A stretch of DNA of 64,000 bases from Salpingoeca rosetta (taxonomy: Eukaryota; Protista; Choanoflagellata), in contig JAWQFM010000009.1 in assembly GCA_033442325.1 (NCBI GenBank), positions 79,057 to 143,056 of the forward strand, given 5' to 3'. The notes under the pieces were generated by a model. That model was not told the DNA's origin. It saw only the letters and a list, made by a program, of their open reading frames with translations, and ran no database searches. Shown piece after piece: positions 62,675 to 64,000 of the stretch. Both the position numbers and the translations under genes were made by a program. How positions within the stretch are numbered: position 1 is the first letter of the stretch; each line of letters starts with the position of its first letter.

Positions 62675-64000
62675 GATTGACTGGCTACTCCTGGTAGTCT
62701 CGGGGGGGGAGGGGAGGAGAGGGGTGTGGTTCGTTTGACAACACGACCACAGTCTACAAAACGATGAGGAGAGAATCGTGGGGTGGGGATGGGGGCAAAC
62801 AGTAGTTGTGAGTCAAGGCATTCAGAGTGTGTGGCCGGACGTGTATGGTGTTGATGTGTGATAGGATTAGCATGTGCTTTGAGTGTGTGCGTGTGTGTTG
62901 AGGGTGTGTTCTGTGTGTATAAGTGTGTGGGGGTAGTTGCACGCATGTACTTGAATGTTTGTGCATGTCGTGTGTTCTGTGTGGATGGGCATGCAGACAC
63001 GCACATGCAGACATGCAAGGTGCTCACCGCTAAGTTGTGAGTGTCGTAGATGAGCGAAATGGGCGCGCTCAGCCAAGCACTGTTGGTTGGTGTTGCAGCG
63101 CCTGGTGGCTGTAAGCTACCGGAACAGGAGGATTCAAAGAGAGAGAGTGCGGCAGGTGAGTGGAAGTGTGGCAAATTATTGTGTTGTGTTGGTGACGTAT
63201 GGTGCTTGTGAACAGCGATGTGGACATGAGAAGCATGCATGCATGTGTGCAAGACTGTTGTGCCGGAAGGGAAGCGGCGGGTTGTGGTGTGCGACAGTGT
63301 TGTGCGTTAAATAAAGCAGGGGAAGAAAGGCCAATTGTTGTCACAGTCGTGTTGTGTGGTGTGGCTGAATGTGACTGTGTGACATGTCTCTCCCTTGGCT
63401 GTGGCTGTGGCTGTTGCTGTGTGTTGGTGGTGTCGCTGCGTGTTGTTGGTGTTGCAGCAGCTGGCAGCATCATCACTGCTCGTCGCCCTCGTTCTCCTTC
63501 TTCTTCGCCATCTCCTCCTTCTTCCTCCTCGTTCTCACTCGCTCGCCAAATCACCGTGGTTGCAACCCCCACCACAAACAAACACACACACACACAGCAA
63601 GCTGGGGCTCTGGCACGTGACTGATACCACCAGACGCTGCTGATGCTGCTGGTGATGCTGCTGGTGGTGCATTGGCTTCAACCCAACTTGTTGTATGCCA
63701 CCAAAATCATACACCGAAGGCTCACACGCTTTCCAGAAAGACACACGCACGCATGCGCACGCACACACACTGTCTCGCACTCTCACGCCCTGCCTCTGGA
63801 AGGAGAAGCTGTGGTGGTCGGTGATGGCTGATTACTATGCGCACGCGCGTTGACACGCGCACATGCACACGGAAGCATACCTTTTCGAAGCAACTTGTGT
63901 GTCGCCAGATAAGGACGAGGAGAGGCTTTTGTGTTGGTCGGTTTGAGGGAGTGAGAGGAAGAGCGGGGTTGTTGGTCGATGGGAGTAGGAACAGAGGAAG

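Overview
Gene-dense, intron-rich eukaryotic DNA. Short introns are packed with (GT)n/(CA)n microsatellites, coding exons are GC3-rich, and the gene set is holozoan-like; this strongly suggests a choanoflagellate such as Salpingoeca (inference). By splicing exons by eye I can reconstruct 15 protein-coding genes: lysyl-tRNA synthetase, a Tim44/MAIP1-like protein, a plant-RLPH-type phosphatase, an intronless AspH-like hydroxylase, NIFK/Nop15, PITHD1, RanGAP1, OXCT1, NudE, an SLC35A4-like transporter, a RING-UBA-SARA_C protein, NSF, RPS11, a PGRMC-like protein and LARP1. There is also one tRNA-Thr(UGU) and one 100-N assembly gap. Most long ORFs in the six-frame track are microsatellite read-through artefacts. 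The most interesting observations are: (1) a predicted N-acylated RING-UBA E3 ligase fused to a SARA/endofin-type C-terminal domain, with no FYVE domain; (2) a LysRS with an unexplained C-terminal extra domain of about 200 aa and an in-frame first intron that reads like a mitochondrial presequence; (3) a plant-type RLPH phosphotyrosine phosphatase and an intronless AspH flanking the tRNA; (4) a RanGAP1 carrying the animal-type SUMO-acceptor tail (GLLKPE); (5) a TCT/5'TOP motif on RPS11 together with an intact DM15 LARP1; (6) an NSF gene missing the first half of its D1 ATPase domain, probably an assembly collapse. All homologies are recognised from memory of family motifs; no database search was run. 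CDS coordinates are gene spans including introns.
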